Shown here in pieces: positions 12,801 through 27,700 of a DNA stretch of 64,000 nt. The number at the start of each line of letters is the position of its first letter. Position 1 is the stretch's first letter. The DNA comes from Chrysomallon squamiferum. Lineage: Eukaryota; Animalia; Mollusca. The stretch spans positions 20,522,001 to 20,586,000 of the forward strand of contig CM022673.1 of the NCBI GenBank assembly GCA_012295275.1, in the 5' to 3' direction. The notes under the pieces are model-generated. The model worked only from the letters and a program-made list of their open reading frames with translations, ran no database searches and was not told the origin of the DNA. A program made the translations under genes and the position numbers.

Positions 12801-15800
12801 TATTAGATTCATTGTTTTTGTGTAGTTGTCATATTTTAGAAGTAAGGTATCTTTTGCACATGAGCAGGCAGTGTTAAAGACATACAAATTATAATGAGAA
12901 ATGGAAAAATGAAATAAAGAGGTTTTAACTAGCAACTAATCATTCTTTAATTCTCTACTGATAAACAATCATTTGCAGACACAATTTCAAAAGTGAAATT
13001 GGAAATATTTCCAACATAAAAGGTTGATTTATTAAGTTAAAAGTAATAAAATATAAATATTTTCAATAACCCTAGTAAATATACCATCTTTGTGCCACTC
13101 TACTTCATACACAGAAACACCATGTTGGACTCGAGCCTTCACAATCCTTAAACATTAAAAAATAATGAATAAAACCTATGTTGACAATCAGAATAACTAC
13201 TGTGTATGTTTTATTCCCAATTCAAGAGACTATATTCATTTATAATTCTGCCTCTAATTATTAATCTTTTAATCTCAAATTTCTTATATCTTTATTTTGT
13301 ATTTAAACTTCTATAATTATTTCACATTTTATACAGATATTTCTTTTTTCTCTGTTTATCACTCTTATAAAGATTAATTATAATTTGTAAATTTTAGCTC
13401 TGCGGTGTACTATTTAACTTAACCCTTGACAAGTCAAAACAGTGTTTTATGAAATGCATTAATGTCAAATATATATAAAAATGATACAAGAGAAGAAAGC
13501 ATTGTGGCCATTCCTAGGTCTACTGATAAATAAACATTTTTCTACAAGCTTTTTCAGACATAAATGCAAATGCTTTAACTGTGAACTCAGACTAGGATAT
13601 GAAACTGTGAGAAATACTACAACCTAATAATTTCATTTCTATTTTTATATATTTAAATATGTCTGAATATAATCAAAATGTTGTGAATGAATTGGTTAAA
13701 ATACAGAAATCTTTTACATAAAGTTACCTTCAAATATGTACAACATCTATTCAATCAAATGTGCATATGTAATAGAAAACATTTAAATAAATAGAAATTC
13801 TTGTTGATTTTAATTTCATTATTCTAAAAAAAAAATATTATTTCTGTTTTCATTCATTGACATCTACGATTTTATTTTTGTTTTATCCAAAGGATTTCAG
13901 AAAGTTTGATTCAATTTATTTACTTACAACTTTTTGTTGCTGTTTTACCTGTGAGGTTTTAAGTGATATAATGGTTTTATTTCACTGTGTAAAATATGAG
14001 TCATATCCCACAGAGTGACTAGAGGCAAAAGTTTCTCAAGAGTGTATTCTGGTGGCCATTCAAGTTTCACTTCAGCAAAATTCTAAAATATATCAGAAAT
14101 AGATATCATAATTTATTGCAGAAAAAGAATATTTTTTAATGAAGCCTGAAAAACTAGAAATTTTGTGAATTTGAATAACAAATCTTAAACTGTTGTTACA
14201 GATGACAGATGAAATACACAAAACTAATTAACAGCAGTGTCAGTAGATTATTTAATTCAATTTATTACAAGTATTAAATTTTATCTTTAAAAATGCCATC
14301 AGTTTGGTACAAAAACTGAAAATTACAGAATAAAATAATATGCAAAATTAGATTATCTTTTATTTAATTTTTGGTCAGATGTATTTCAAATACAAGAAAA
14401 TTGATCCCTAATTTTATAGTAATTAAGAATTTTTCAATATGAAATATATTAATTTTGCTTTTTAAATATTTTATCCTAACCTGAGCTCTCTGAATTAAAG
14501 GTCGTTTCCAACTGAACTGTTTGGATGGTATAATTTCTCTTGAATTAAGGAACTCAGAAATGACCTGTAAACATTTTAATATCATTTGAATAAATATGTT
14601 TCAACAAATAACAGGATTAAATAAACTTTTAACAACAAATATATAATATTTTACAAAATTTGTATCAAATAATAATCTTTAATGTGAGGACTTCAGAATA
14701 TAGTGTTTTATACAACTATTTCAGATAACTGCAGTAAGTAACATTAAAGAAGATCTATAAGCAACTTTTATTATCAAAAAATAGTCTGTAAGTATAAAGA
14801 TATACATACCTCTTTCTGGGGGAAACCAGGAACTGCAAGAGCTTTTCTTCGCACAAAAAGTTCTATTTTATCAACACATTCTTCTGGTGTAATACTTGCC
14901 CAGTTTTCAAATCTTATATTTTAAAGAAGCATAAATAAAAGTTGACTTTAAAAATTTCACCAAAATTATATCAAAATATTTTTGTTATATTACTATATTT
15001 TAGAATTGTTAAAGTTAAGACCACTTTTAACAAATATATAAACTGATTACCATTTATTAAGTTTTCACAAACCAAATTTACACATGCTGAAACATCAAAT
15101 TAATATATATATATTTTTTTATTCATTCATTCATTCATTTATTTATGTTTTTATTTATTTTATTTCTTTCCACTGGACAACATTTAGTCTTTAAAATAAG
15201 TAATTTAACATTTAATAGATTTACTTTTCCATCACAATGTTATTTCATACCACAATTTGTTTATGGATTCACTGTGAAGAAACACAACCCAAAAGAAAAT
15301 ATAATCAAATATACCTTTTCAAAACATCCATATGAGACAGTGATGCCATTAGTTTAATAACCCGTTCCAAACCAACTCCATGAACTCCTCCTGGCAAATA
15401 GTCACAACCTAACAGAAGAGCCATTGCTACAAGTTTCTGTTGGTTTAATCCAAGATTAGTTTCAACAGATGCCATATTGTAGCTTTCAACATGGGGATCC
15501 TGTGTAGACAATGACAATGACAGGATTCATTTCAGTTCTCATTCATTCCTCTGTGGCCTTCTCCACCTGTCTGTCTCTCTTTAGCACTCTCACAAACTCA
15601 CACATAATACACGAACATTTTCTTATAAATACAAATAACCAGTTAAAATAAAATCTAACACATCTTTCAAGATAACTTGTTAATAACTTGTTAATCAAAT
15701 AAAAATGATTTGCATAGATGAATATATTTGACATATTCAAAGTGGTACTTAAAATTAATTTGATTTTTTAAACATTTACACATTAGAACTGATGATAGGA

Positions 15801-17750
15801 TTGATGAGTGTACGATTTTTCAAAGCTGTTGTCAGTAACTACTGTAAACTACCAATCATAGAATTTAAGAGATCAAACAATTCACTGATTACTATATTAT
15901 TCAAATATTTAACAGGGAAAAAGAAAAAAATTACTTTTGTATTCATGGTGAAATTCCTGTAAACTTTTTTAGCTCCATAAAGAAATGCATCACCATCATC
16001 AGTGATACAGGCATCCACTAACTAAAATATTAATATTAAATTAAATAATACATACATAGATGTCATGAGAAATAGACATATATTATGTATAGAAATGTCA
16101 GTTGAAATGGTTTTTATCTAGTAATGTATTTTCAGTAAATAATCTTTTCTTAAAAATTAATTTAAATTTGTCACATAAAAAGTATTTATACAATCTATAA
16201 AGAATATTTTACTGTTTTCCAATTATGTTGTTTGTTTTTTTCTGTTTGTTATTTTTGTTGGTGTTGTAGTTATATTTTAAATATAAACTTTTATACAAGT
16301 CATGTTTGGTTTTTTACACATTAACTGATTAAGGATAATATATATATATTCTAAGTTGAAAAAGCAAATCCAGTTATATCATTTAACACATTATGCAATG
16401 ATTATTAACAGTAAAAATACCAATATAATTTTTTTCTTCTTTTTAAACAAATCCCTTCTTAAATCTCTATAATAGTAGTAATACAAATTACAAATAATGT
16501 ATGTGTGTGTTACATAAGTTTCCAGCAGTTCTTGAATATATATCATCAAAGCCCACTTAATATCTGGACTTAGTTTTCAGTTGTACTTGATTGGCCTGAA
16601 TAAAACTGCAATCTTACCCCACTGGAATTGAGGGCAGCACACAGAGACTCTGCTTCACCTTTACTCTGAATGTACGGGATCCCAAGAATGTCCAGTAGTT
16701 CACAGCACTAAATAAGGTAATTCATTTATTTGTATTAATTGTTAATTGGTTAGTGTCCAGTCATTTAGTTATTAAACACAAAAAGAAAGGATTATTCTAA
16801 CAACAAAATAGTAAAATATATTAACAGGTAAAACTAAAAATGAAATATAAATGATATATATAAAAATTTAAAAATAGTTGTATTTTTACTAAATTAATCA
16901 TATTCTTTCTTCATATCTTTCAAAAGTAAATAATTTACCTATCTTTCAAGAGTAAATAATTTAGCTCTGTATATATTTTATTTGTTTTATTTTTTATTTT
17001 TCATCTCTGGCCACCTTATTTTCTCTACATGTAGTTATTATTATGATTATTATTGTTTCTTCTGTTTTGTGTGGGGTACAAACTAAAGCTCTATATTTAA
17101 TCAAATATTTAATTCTTACTTCTTTCAGATATCTGTTGAAATTAGATCTGTGGCCTTTACCTACTCGTGTGCCACGCCCCAGTGCTTGGTTACGTCGTGA
17201 CATTACCTCCCATTTAATTTCTGGGGCCTGTCCATCCACAACAAACACCAGTTTTACACCAAGCTGTGTTAAGTGATTCACACGGAAAAATAAATTCCTT
17301 TAAAAAAAAGAATGTGTTTGTCTATATGCTTATATGTGTGTGTTTCTGTGTATATAGAAAGAGAAAAAGAGATTAGATATAACTTTGGTGTTGAACTTAG
17401 GTTAAATACAAAAATTAAGAAAAATTTGTTTAATATACTTATATAGACTAGAAAAAAGAAGAAAAAGAGACAAAAACTAAAATTAATTCTTTTACTCCAA
17501 ATTACATTCCTCATTGCCTAATTTGAGAAAATGTGTTGTATACAAACATAAATATATACATCTAATTAAATTTATAAAAAAATGAATACCTCAGATATGG
17601 TTTGGATACAATACTTTGCATCTTTTTTACACACTGTGTTTCACAAACCCATATACTTAAATCAACTGCCACTGTTTCACCTTGAAGACTGCCAAGTTCT
17701 TTATGCTCCTTTACAGGAGCAAGAATAGTCCATAATCCTGTCACACCCAT
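9806..17750 (-). CDS. GEN1: Flap endonuclease GEN homolog 1 (Holliday junction resolvase, XPG/Rad2 family), 11 coding exons, about 1229 aa if a 1-nt frameshift near 10155 is corrected
   Basis: Exons (minus) 17750-17590, 17297-17120, 16707-16618, 16021-15935, 15499-15315, 14912-14810, 14564-14481, 14082-13949, 13146-13085, 12682-12551, 12278-9806. Motifs MGVTGLW, AVDLSIWVCE, KPYLRNLFFR, VFVVDG, GEAESLCA, ITDDGDAFLYGA, LLLGCDYLPGGVHGVG, chromodomain RIVKARVQHGVSVYEVEW, C-terminal DSPLPLTLADRLKRR. Confidence 0.93.
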
Positions 17751-18389
17751 GTCATCAGTGCTCTATTGAAAAATAAAGACAGTATTTCAGATGGACATAA
17801 TTTCAGTTAAAAATATCTTCAGATCATATATTATAAAGATTTTTAAAATTCTTCAAGATTCAGATATTTGTATTTAAGCAGACTTTCATATTACAAAAGA
17901 CGTAAGTATTTTATACAGGTCTGATCTATATAACTGGGGGAAAAAAGGGTAATAATACGAATAAAAGTTAAAAATTATAATAATTAAAAATTAAAAATTA
18001 TAATTTAAACAATATTATTATTAATTTAGTTAGCATTACTATATAGAATATTAGAATCGGCTGGATTTAAAAAAAAAAAAAGTTTATTTTAAATTTTAGT
18101 TGAGAAAGCAGAATATAATTAAAATTTGCATTGTCACTAGTGCTACTCAGCTAGTACTGTTGTAGCCAAGTGAGTAGTTAACTTCTTTTTCAAATGTTTA
18201 TATTTTTTAACTTATTCAAGTTATTGTGCACCCTTACTTTGCCTACATTATTTGTTTTGCTGTATGAAGTGTATCTATAATTCTATTGGTATTTTTTTTT
18301 AATTATCGTGCACCATTAGCATATTATATAAGGTTAGTTTGTCGTACATTGTTTGCTTGCTATATCTTTCAGATAACATAAATCTAAAT

Positions 18390-18760
18390 ATTTTGTATAT
18401 TTCCCCGCCTTTTAAGAAATTGACTAGTTCTGTTTACAAGGTATTTATACATTATTTAACAGCGTATTTGTTTACAAAAACCGGTTAGATATTTCTCGCA
18501 AATTCTCGTTTTACGGCAGGTGCCGAAATTGTCCATTTTCCACCGGTGCGCGCCACATTTTAAACACCTTTGTTTTGATTGAATTTTGCGCTTTTTAAAA
18601 AAGATGCCACTTTTAGGGAGAAAATTATACAGCTGTCTGAAACCCCTGAACGATGTAAAACCAGACGAAACCTTATATACGATTCCTCATACAAAGGAAC
18701 AGTTCCGATCAAAAGCGTATCCTTTTGCTGATTTTTCTATTCAAGATGGCGGCGTACACA
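18390..18760. promoter_or_regulatory. Probable bidirectional promoter for GEN1 and BAZ1B
   Basis: Start codons diverge about 850 bp apart (17750 minus, 18604 plus). Local CpG-rich patch with E2F-like TTTCCCCGCC (about 18400) and GTGCGCGCCA (18546-18555), and a perfect YY1 motif CAAGATGGCGGC at 18742-18753. GEN1 has an acceptor just upstream of its ATG (17763), implying a non-coding first exon nearer this patch. Confidence 0.65.
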
Positions 18761-21700
18761 TGATATTTTATGTCAAATACTAAAATGTAAAAAGATTGAT
18801 GTTTTCGTTGAATGGTACCATTCATATTTTTATTTTTCAAGTACTCCTTTTCAGTTGATATCTTTATTTTTGTAGTAATGTTGTTGTTGTTATTAATATT
18901 ATTTAAAATACCAAGTTTATTTTTATTCATAATTTTGTCTTGGCAAATTCAGAAATTGGCAAAAACCAAACATGCATTTGTAGTAAAACTCGATTTAATT
19001 TCATAAATTCTAGGTTTCTTGGCAAGATGTTACTTACAGACTTTTTGTTTATTGTCTGATTCTTTCAAATCTGTTACAAACGCTCATGTGTAACATTTTT
19101 TGTTGTCATACAGTTTCTACAAATTAATTTTATTTAAGTTAACATTACTTTTATTTGATTGCACTATTTATTATTATTTTTTTTAAATGCATAAATATAA
19201 TGTATAGCAGTTACAATAAATGGCTATATATATGAATCCTTTTGTAAGAAGATGATAGATTAGTTGTAATATATATATCTTTCTTATGAGAAAAAGTTGG
19301 TTGTGTCAAAAATTTGGTGTTACATAAAAATGTAATGTGTTTTCAACAGATTAGCATATTTTCTTTTTGGATGTGCAGATATGTAACATTAGTTATCACC
19401 AAATGTTTTTGCTGCTTCATTTTGTTTAATACATTACATTTGCCTTTACGATGTGCATTGCTGTTTTTATAATTTTTCATACAAATCAGGAAAAAATGAA
19501 TTCTGGAAAGTAACTGAATGTTACTTGAACATTTACTTTCATGTTTGCTTTTTTATTTTTCGTCTGTTGCCTGACTTAAATTTAGAAGAGTATGTTGATA
19601 TCGCTACAGGTTGACTCACCATGGGCAACAAAACCCTTAAATTAAATTTCTTTTTGAGCATTTTATATGCAAGTTACACTGCCTAAAATTATTATATCAT
19701 TTAAAGAACAAGGTATAAATTACTACAATTATTTGCATCTATCAGTTATTAAAGTCATTGAATACCAGTTGTGTGTCATTGATACTGAGCTGTGCTTTGA
19801 TTTAAAATACAGAATCGGATATGTTTACTTTATTACAACTAATGCTAGTTATCTTAATTATAATAATAATTTCCCCCAAAAAATGGTTATGATCAAACAG
19901 GTACGACTAATGCTGCATTTTTTGTGAATATGTAATATATGTAGTATTTCTCCTGTGCAAATCTGACCTTTTGAAGACAGTTAATATGAAAATATGTACC
20001 TTTTTCTACCTGTTCTCTGTCATTTTTTTTTCAGTTTGGAAGAAAGGCTGTATGCACACACACACAAAATGGGATTAGGCATGATTAATAAGCATATTGG
20101 GTTTTACATTACTATTTAAAGGAAAACATAGTTCACCAGTAATAATGCAGACAAAATAGGTGGATACAGTTACTGAATACAATAATTAAGACAAAATATA
20201 TACGAAATAAAGTAACTTTTTTTCTTTGAATTGTAAAAACAATGTTATTATAGTAATATGTTATACACAGATGTGTAGTAATGATGCAGACATTTTAAAC
20301 AGCATCTTGCTGCACATGAAATGTACAGCAAGGTTACCTGCACAAGAAATGTGTACTTTTTTATTACAGTCAATATCAATAATTATCCTTAACGTGAACA
20401 GTGAATATGAGAAACAGTTGAGTGTGTACAATGATAAGGTTTGGACATGCCAGTGCACTGGACATATTAACCTAACGCACGAAGAAGCTTGGAATTCAGA
20501 GAAGGCTGCCATTAAAGTGGTGAAATCACAGTTTGCAAAGTGCTTTGAAAAACCTGTTCTTGAAATAGTGCATCACAGTAAGTATCTTTCTTTCAACATG
20601 GATGATTTAAAAACAAAACAAGAAAATTAATACATGTACATAAATACATATGTTTCTTCATAACTAGATAAATACAGGTTGAGAATTGTTTATCTGAAAT
20701 GCATGTGACCAAAAGTGTTTCAGATTTCAGGATATGAGGAGATAGTCTGAGCCTAAACACTAATTTCTTCTATAGTTATACAGGATCCTTAGCCTGTACT
20801 AATAATATTTTATTTTTATTTATTTTTTTAACTTTCCATTGTATATGCAAGGGCATTTTTATTGATTATATTATAAATATCTATACCAATAAAGTGTTTT
20901 GTAAAATGTAGTAAACGTTGTGGAAACTAGTGCATTTCTTATTAAAAAAAAATTAATTTTCATATTATAATTAATTGATACTTGTAGATACACTTTCATT
21001 GGATCAGCTTGTTGACAAAGCATGGCTGAGAATACAACAAGTGCTCTGTGTTGGTGAGAAGGTCACTTTGAAAGTCAAGAATGCAGGGAAAAGGCAAGTG
21101 ACCAGTTTAAAGTTTTGAAAAATTCATTATTGTGAGGAATAATATTTATATTGTTAATTTAGTTAATGTTTGAATTGGGTGGTAGAGTAATCTTTGAATA
21201 CTATAATATTCTTATTTTATTTATTTTCTTATTTTCTTATTTTATTTTATTTTTATGTGTGAAATAAATTTACAAGATAAAATATCATGTATTTATATTG
21301 AATATAAAAAGGTTATTTTACTGAATTTTTTTTTTATTTACAGCATTCAAGGTGTTGTGACACAAACAGAGCCAAACTCAGTAACGGTTAGTATTTTTCA
21401 CTCATACCAAATAACTTATTATTACTATTACTTCAACATGTAACTTTGTGCAAATTCAGAACACCTGTGTAGACATTTTTTTATATTTCTTTAGATATAT
21501 AATTAAAAATACAAAGGCGATACCGTCTTATTTCTCAGGCAACCAGACTATATATAATTATTTTAAAAAACCTAAAAAACCAACAACATTTACATGTAAT
21601 TACTCATGAGTATTCTTTGACACTTTTATACATTGATTCTATGTTAAGTAATATATTCTGACAGAAATACTGATAAGATGGCAAATAGATTATGATTTTT

Positions 21701-24700
21701 GGATACGTGTTAACAACCAAAATGTGAAACTCTTTTGACAGTTTTGTTGTTTTATGTGTTTCACTGTAAGTAAAACTGAAATTATTGTTTTAGATTAAAA
21801 TTAATACATATTTCATCAGAACATATTTCAAAGAGTAAAATGTGTTTAAAAAGTTTTAACAATTGGAATTAATCTTGAGTTTTTTTAATTAATTTTTTTT
21901 TATCACCATAATAGCATGGAAACCAAATCAAAAACATATTTAAATAAAAGCTTTTTATTTATTTCACAAATAATTATAAAGCAGTAAAGAACTATTAAAG
22001 AAATAATAAAAAGAAAATGTAAGTATAAACAACAAAGTCTGTATCAGACTCAATGTATCTGATGGATCAATTCCCAGTTTAAACAACTCATGTACAATAA
22101 ATATATACTGATGACCTACAGAAGTTTATATTACATAATTAAAGCATAAAAGACTCTTTTTTTGTTAGAATTTGAATTAAGCTGGCATGATTAAATAATT
22201 ATTTAAGCAGCTGCCAAATATATATGTCTGCATATTTTTATCATGTTTTAGACAAGTACCACAAGTAACTGCAGTTCTCCATCAAGTGATAAAGAGAATA
22301 CAACTGAAGAAAGTAAAGAAGATTCTCCCAAAAAATGGACACCTCCTAAAGTAAATATGCTGTCATTTGTTTCGTTTTTATTGTATTTGCAGTTTTATAC
22401 CTGACATTAATAAACTGACTCTGTGTAAGTTGAAGAAGAAAAATTGTTTGGATCAAAACAATATTTTTATTTTAAATACAGCTTAAAACCTCACTACTGT
22501 ATGTAATATTTTTGTAAAAAAATGTTTATTTAATAAACATCCTGACAGCAAATTCTTAATATTTCAGCTTCTGCCTTATACTTACACACTGAAACTTGAG
22601 GACGATACTGTTATCATATCAGTACCAGCTTCTGACATCACGTGAGTTTGTGTTATTATTGTTGTTATTGTTATTATGAAATAATCATGGTGTTTAATGT
22701 TATTTGGTTAAAATTTAAAAAAAAAATGTATATTGTAGACGAAATGAAAAACTACCATCAAAAGAACTGATGCGATTGTTCATTCGATCAACTGGAATAC
22801 GACATGGTGTGAACACCAGCAGTCCCTGGGTTGTTAATGAATCTTACGTGAAGAAATATTCACTTCCAAGCAAGTTTGCTGACTTGTTTGTCTCTCCAGC
22901 TAAGGTGAGAGTTTGACAAAAACATGGGAGGTATATTAACATTGTTTCTTTGTTTTTGTTAGCTGCAAGTAATTATTAAAGTAGCAGATTAATTAATTCT
23001 TGATTAAAATTTATTTCTTTTATATATTACTATTTTTTTTAACTATATATACCCTTTTGTAATTAACTATACACAATCAGTTTAAAAAATGAACATAATC
23101 TGATTTAATTAGGCATTTGATAGACTTTTCTTTTCATATAAAAATTAAGTATTGTACATCATTTATAAATCATTACAGATGGCTGAAGCTGGAACTCGTT
23201 CAGTTCAAGAAGCATCAAAAAAGAGAAAAATTAGGAAACAGGCTAATGGTACAAAAGCTAAAAGAATGAAACATGAAAGTTGTTCTAAAAATGATGAAAA
23301 GAAACGGAAGAGCAGTGGTTCCATAAAGAAAGTGAAAACTGCAGAAAAGTCATCAAATAAAACCAAGAAGAAGAGTCCAAAGAAAGAGAAGAAATCATTT
23401 GAAATTATTACACTTAATTCCAGTGACGACAGTTCTGATGAAGAAGTTCTGGCTAATATCAAAAAACGGCTTGACTCTGATTCTGATTCAGACACACCGT
23501 TGTACAAACTTGCTTCACCCAAAAAACTGAAACAGGCTTCAGACTCTGACTCTGATTCAGATTCACCTTTGTATATGCTAGCAAAAAGTCCTAAGAAGAA
23601 ACTGTCAGTTTCAAAACCTTGTACTCCCAAGAAATCTAAGAGTGATAAATCACTGAAGAAGTCTCCTACAAAGTCTGCAAAGAAATCACCATCTAAAATG
23701 AAAAAGTCTGAACTTACACCCACCAAGAATAATCAAAAAAAGGTAAAAAGAAAAGAATTATTTTTTTTTAAATATTTTATTTTCTTTATTTTTATTACAG
23801 TTAATTATAAAATTATAACTTCTAACAAATACAGTGATGAAGCAAGTTAAATACATTTTCCAAAGTTTCTTGCGCAGATTCCTTTTTGTAAATAGCTCTT
23901 TTAGAAATGTTGATTATGATTGCAGGGATTAAAGCAAATGACACTTCTGGATATAGCAAAGAAAAAAGGGATGAAAACTCCTGTAAAAAACATGAACAAA
24001 AAAATACGTGCAGCATCACCACCAAGAACTCCACCAATTGTTAAACGGTAAATGAAAACAAATGTGTGTTGTGTGTGTGCATTAATTTTTTAATTTTTTT
24101 TATTTTAAAAGTAATAAAAAGTACAGAGAAAAGTTTAATAGCATTTTTAGATTTCTTCTTGATTGAAATTAATGAAATTACTGACAATTATCTTTACCAT
24201 TATGATTTACCATTATTCTGACATTTCTCTCTCTCTCAGATATTAACTTACATTTTGCTAATTTCAGCTTATTAAATCTTCACAAAAATAATGAAAAAGT
24301 GAAGTTTGGTCTTCTGGTGAAAAGGGCCATTCTAGTACTGGATGCCAAACAGCGGGCAAAATTGCCAAATGAAATTAAAGATATTGTTCAGAAAAGATAT
24401 GAAGTTCATCAGGAAAAAAAGATGATGTAAGTATGAACATTTCCCTTATTATTAAAAGTTCTGATTTTACTGGGGAGGGGGAGAAATGAAGCATTAATGT
24501 TTTTGTTTCAGGTATGTGCAGATTGTTAGTGTGAGAATCATGCAAAATTGCCCTTGTGTAATCTATTTTCTGTTCATGCAAATTTATGGATAGGTGAACA
24601 ATATTTTGATCATTGTTGAAAATAAAATGCCACTTGCTACATCATCAGAGTTGGCTTTGCATGACACTTTCTTGTTCAGTGGTGCATAAATTAATCCATT

Positions 24701-27700
24701 AAAACGAACAACAAACTTCAACATTATTAAATTAAACACAGTAATTTCAGAATAGTTTTCATATTAGAAACAGTAATTGTGACTTTATTTATATGTGTAT
24801 AATAATATAACCATAAATTTAGGAAGCTGTCAGATTTGGGTTTTTTTAAATGTTGGGGGAAGTGTTTTTAGAAAAAAGAAAAAGTTACTATAATAGTTTC
24901 GATCTAATAAGATATATTTTCAATTCCTTGTATTTGGTCCAGGACTGGAAATCAATGCATTTCATACAATTTCATACAGTTTTCTTTGATATTTATTTTA
25001 ATAATATAAGAAATTACTAATTACTTCTTTCAGTTTATCAAAGACACATCGATTATCAGTAACTTAATGCTATCTCAGTTTTATCTATGTATTCGAATTA
25101 TTTAAAATTGTATTACAAAAGCAAAACAGAAACCAAGAACACTAATATAATGATTTGTACAGATGTTTTATACAGGATTTTCTAGGAACCATGGAATATG
25201 ATAATTTGGCTGTCAAAAATACCAATAATGTTTTCATTTAATTTAACCCTTTGATTTGTTTTTTGTTGTATATAAAGGTGGTTAGGGATTTGGTTATAAT
25301 TATACCCCTTATTGGTTTTTACAGTTTCACAAAAAAGAAAATAATATTTTTAACAGTCAGCATCACATTTCATACACTTGCACACACAACATTGGCTCTT
25401 GTTACGGTTACAGAGTTATCCATCTTATTCGTTTTGATAATTATTTATAATATTTTGTCTGTATTTTTTAACTTATTAAGAAATTGAATAGCAATTTTTA
25501 AACTGTTCTTAGGGAAAAAATGACTGCTGAAGAGAGAGAGGCATTCATTCAGTTGAAGAAAAAGAAAGAAAAGCAGAGGCAACTTGAAAGATTGAAAGAA
25601 CTTCGAAGAGTATGTTAATTCTTTTTTCTTAGATTCAAATATTTTAATTCTGGTAACTTAACATCATGAATTAGTTGACCAGTTCAGATCACTTGATTCA
25701 TATTTAGAACAAACAGTATGTAGAAGTGTAGAAATTTAATTAGGTTTGTACAACACTATAAATTGTTATTGTTTTTCTTTATCAGAAATTTGAAGATCAG
25801 GGATTGAATTTATCGCCCTTGCCAGTACCAAAGCTTGTATCCACACCTGAAGGTTTGCCAAATGAAGCATTTGGTGATGTTGCTATGGTGACAGAGTTCA
25901 TTAGTTGCTATGGTGGTTTACTGATGCCTGAGGATAAATATCCAATTCATACAGGTATAATATATTGTTTTATATAATAATAAACAGAATTAAGTAAATG
26001 AATTTGAAATGCAGTTCTGATATTTTTATTATTATTTCCATTTTTGTAACATTTTTTATTTGCTTTTCCATGTTTTATTTTTTTATTATAATTGTTATTT
26101 TTAAAAATAAGCTAAACAATTAAGAAAACAACAAATATGATCCCAAAGATGTTGTTGTGTAAACTAATTAATGTTTTTATAGATGCATTGATGAAAGCCC
26201 TTGTATCTGGTAAAAGTGGCTATGGATACCTGACACGAGTTTTAGTGATTTTGTTGCAGACATTATTGCAGGACCAGCTTGCTGAGGTAAGTTAATTATT
26301 GATAGAGAACTCTCAACAATTGACCCAGAAGGTTGTAACAGGCAGATGTGGCTTAAAACATTGTTTTAGCATAGTTTTTAGCCTCTATTACTGTCACAGA
26401 AGAATATCAGTTTGCCTTTTTAGCTTATTAAAACATTATTTCTATATATTTAACATATTATGGCTTGTACTGAAGTCTTTTAGCAAAATATAAGAATGAT
26501 CCAGGGTGTTAAGAAATTAAAAACCACTCACTGACAATTATGTTAATTTTTGCTAATTAAAGTAAAGGAAACAAAAATTGAGTGGTTTAATCAGGATATT
26601 GTTGGAATCAATTTTATGTGTAATTTTATGTTGAATTAGGATGGGTTGGTAAATTGTAATTTTACTATATCACATTAAAAAAAATGTATAACAGTTTCCT
26701 TAGTTAAAATTTTTAAAAAGAAAATGAATTAAATTTTAATTCTAATTAAAACCAGTGAAGTAAAGAAAAAATAGCTTAATATTATATTGAATTGAAAAAT
26801 GAATTAATATTAAAAATTTTATATTAAATATTTAATATTTCAGGGCTATTCTGAACTAAAAGTTCAACTGTCAGATATTCCTGTGAATAATTACACTGTA
26901 TCAGAACTTGTTCGACTTTGCCTACGTAAACATGACACTGATGATGGGGCAAGTGAAGGCTCATTTGAGGAGGAAGATCAGGAAGTGGTACATACTTCTT
27001 TTTAAAAGATCTTTTTTAATATAAAAAATAAAAAACAAATCTGATCTTTGAAAGAATAAAATGTTTTCAGGACATGTTTTTTTTTTTTACCAGATATCTG
27101 TAAACTTTTGTTCTATTATTTTATAATTTGTATGTTTGTACAGGTTTTACTCCTTTTATTTACAGTTTAATATTACTTTACTATTATTAAGAGGAGTAGT
27201 ATCATCATCATTACTTGGTTATTATTTTTTTATTATATTTAATTTGTTTTTGTAGCCTGATAGCATCATTGAATTACTGGAGCAACATGAGCTGTTTGAA
27301 CTGGATCCGCTACAGAAACTCGAAGTGTTGAAAGGTCTCTGTTTGAGAATTCTTGGTTCATACTCAGTGCAAGACTACATGGAGGAGAAACAGAAAGAAT
27401 CGTCTGCTTTGTAGTAAGCCATTTGTCATGTTTTTAGATATTATAAAAATACTGTCAAACTGGAATACCTTAATGCCATAACCTACACTGGTTGTTCAAA
27501 GCCCAATCAGTAGAATGTTTATAAAAATTAGCTTGCCACTGTTAAAAACAGTAGCATATGGAAGGGGATCAGAAAGTTTCCTTTTATATTATCTTGTAAT
27601 TAAAAATGGAAATAAAAGACACCTTATAAATATTGTTTATAAATATGAGTATCTTCAAATGAACATTTATCCTTTGCACATTCTTTTCAATAAGAGAAGT

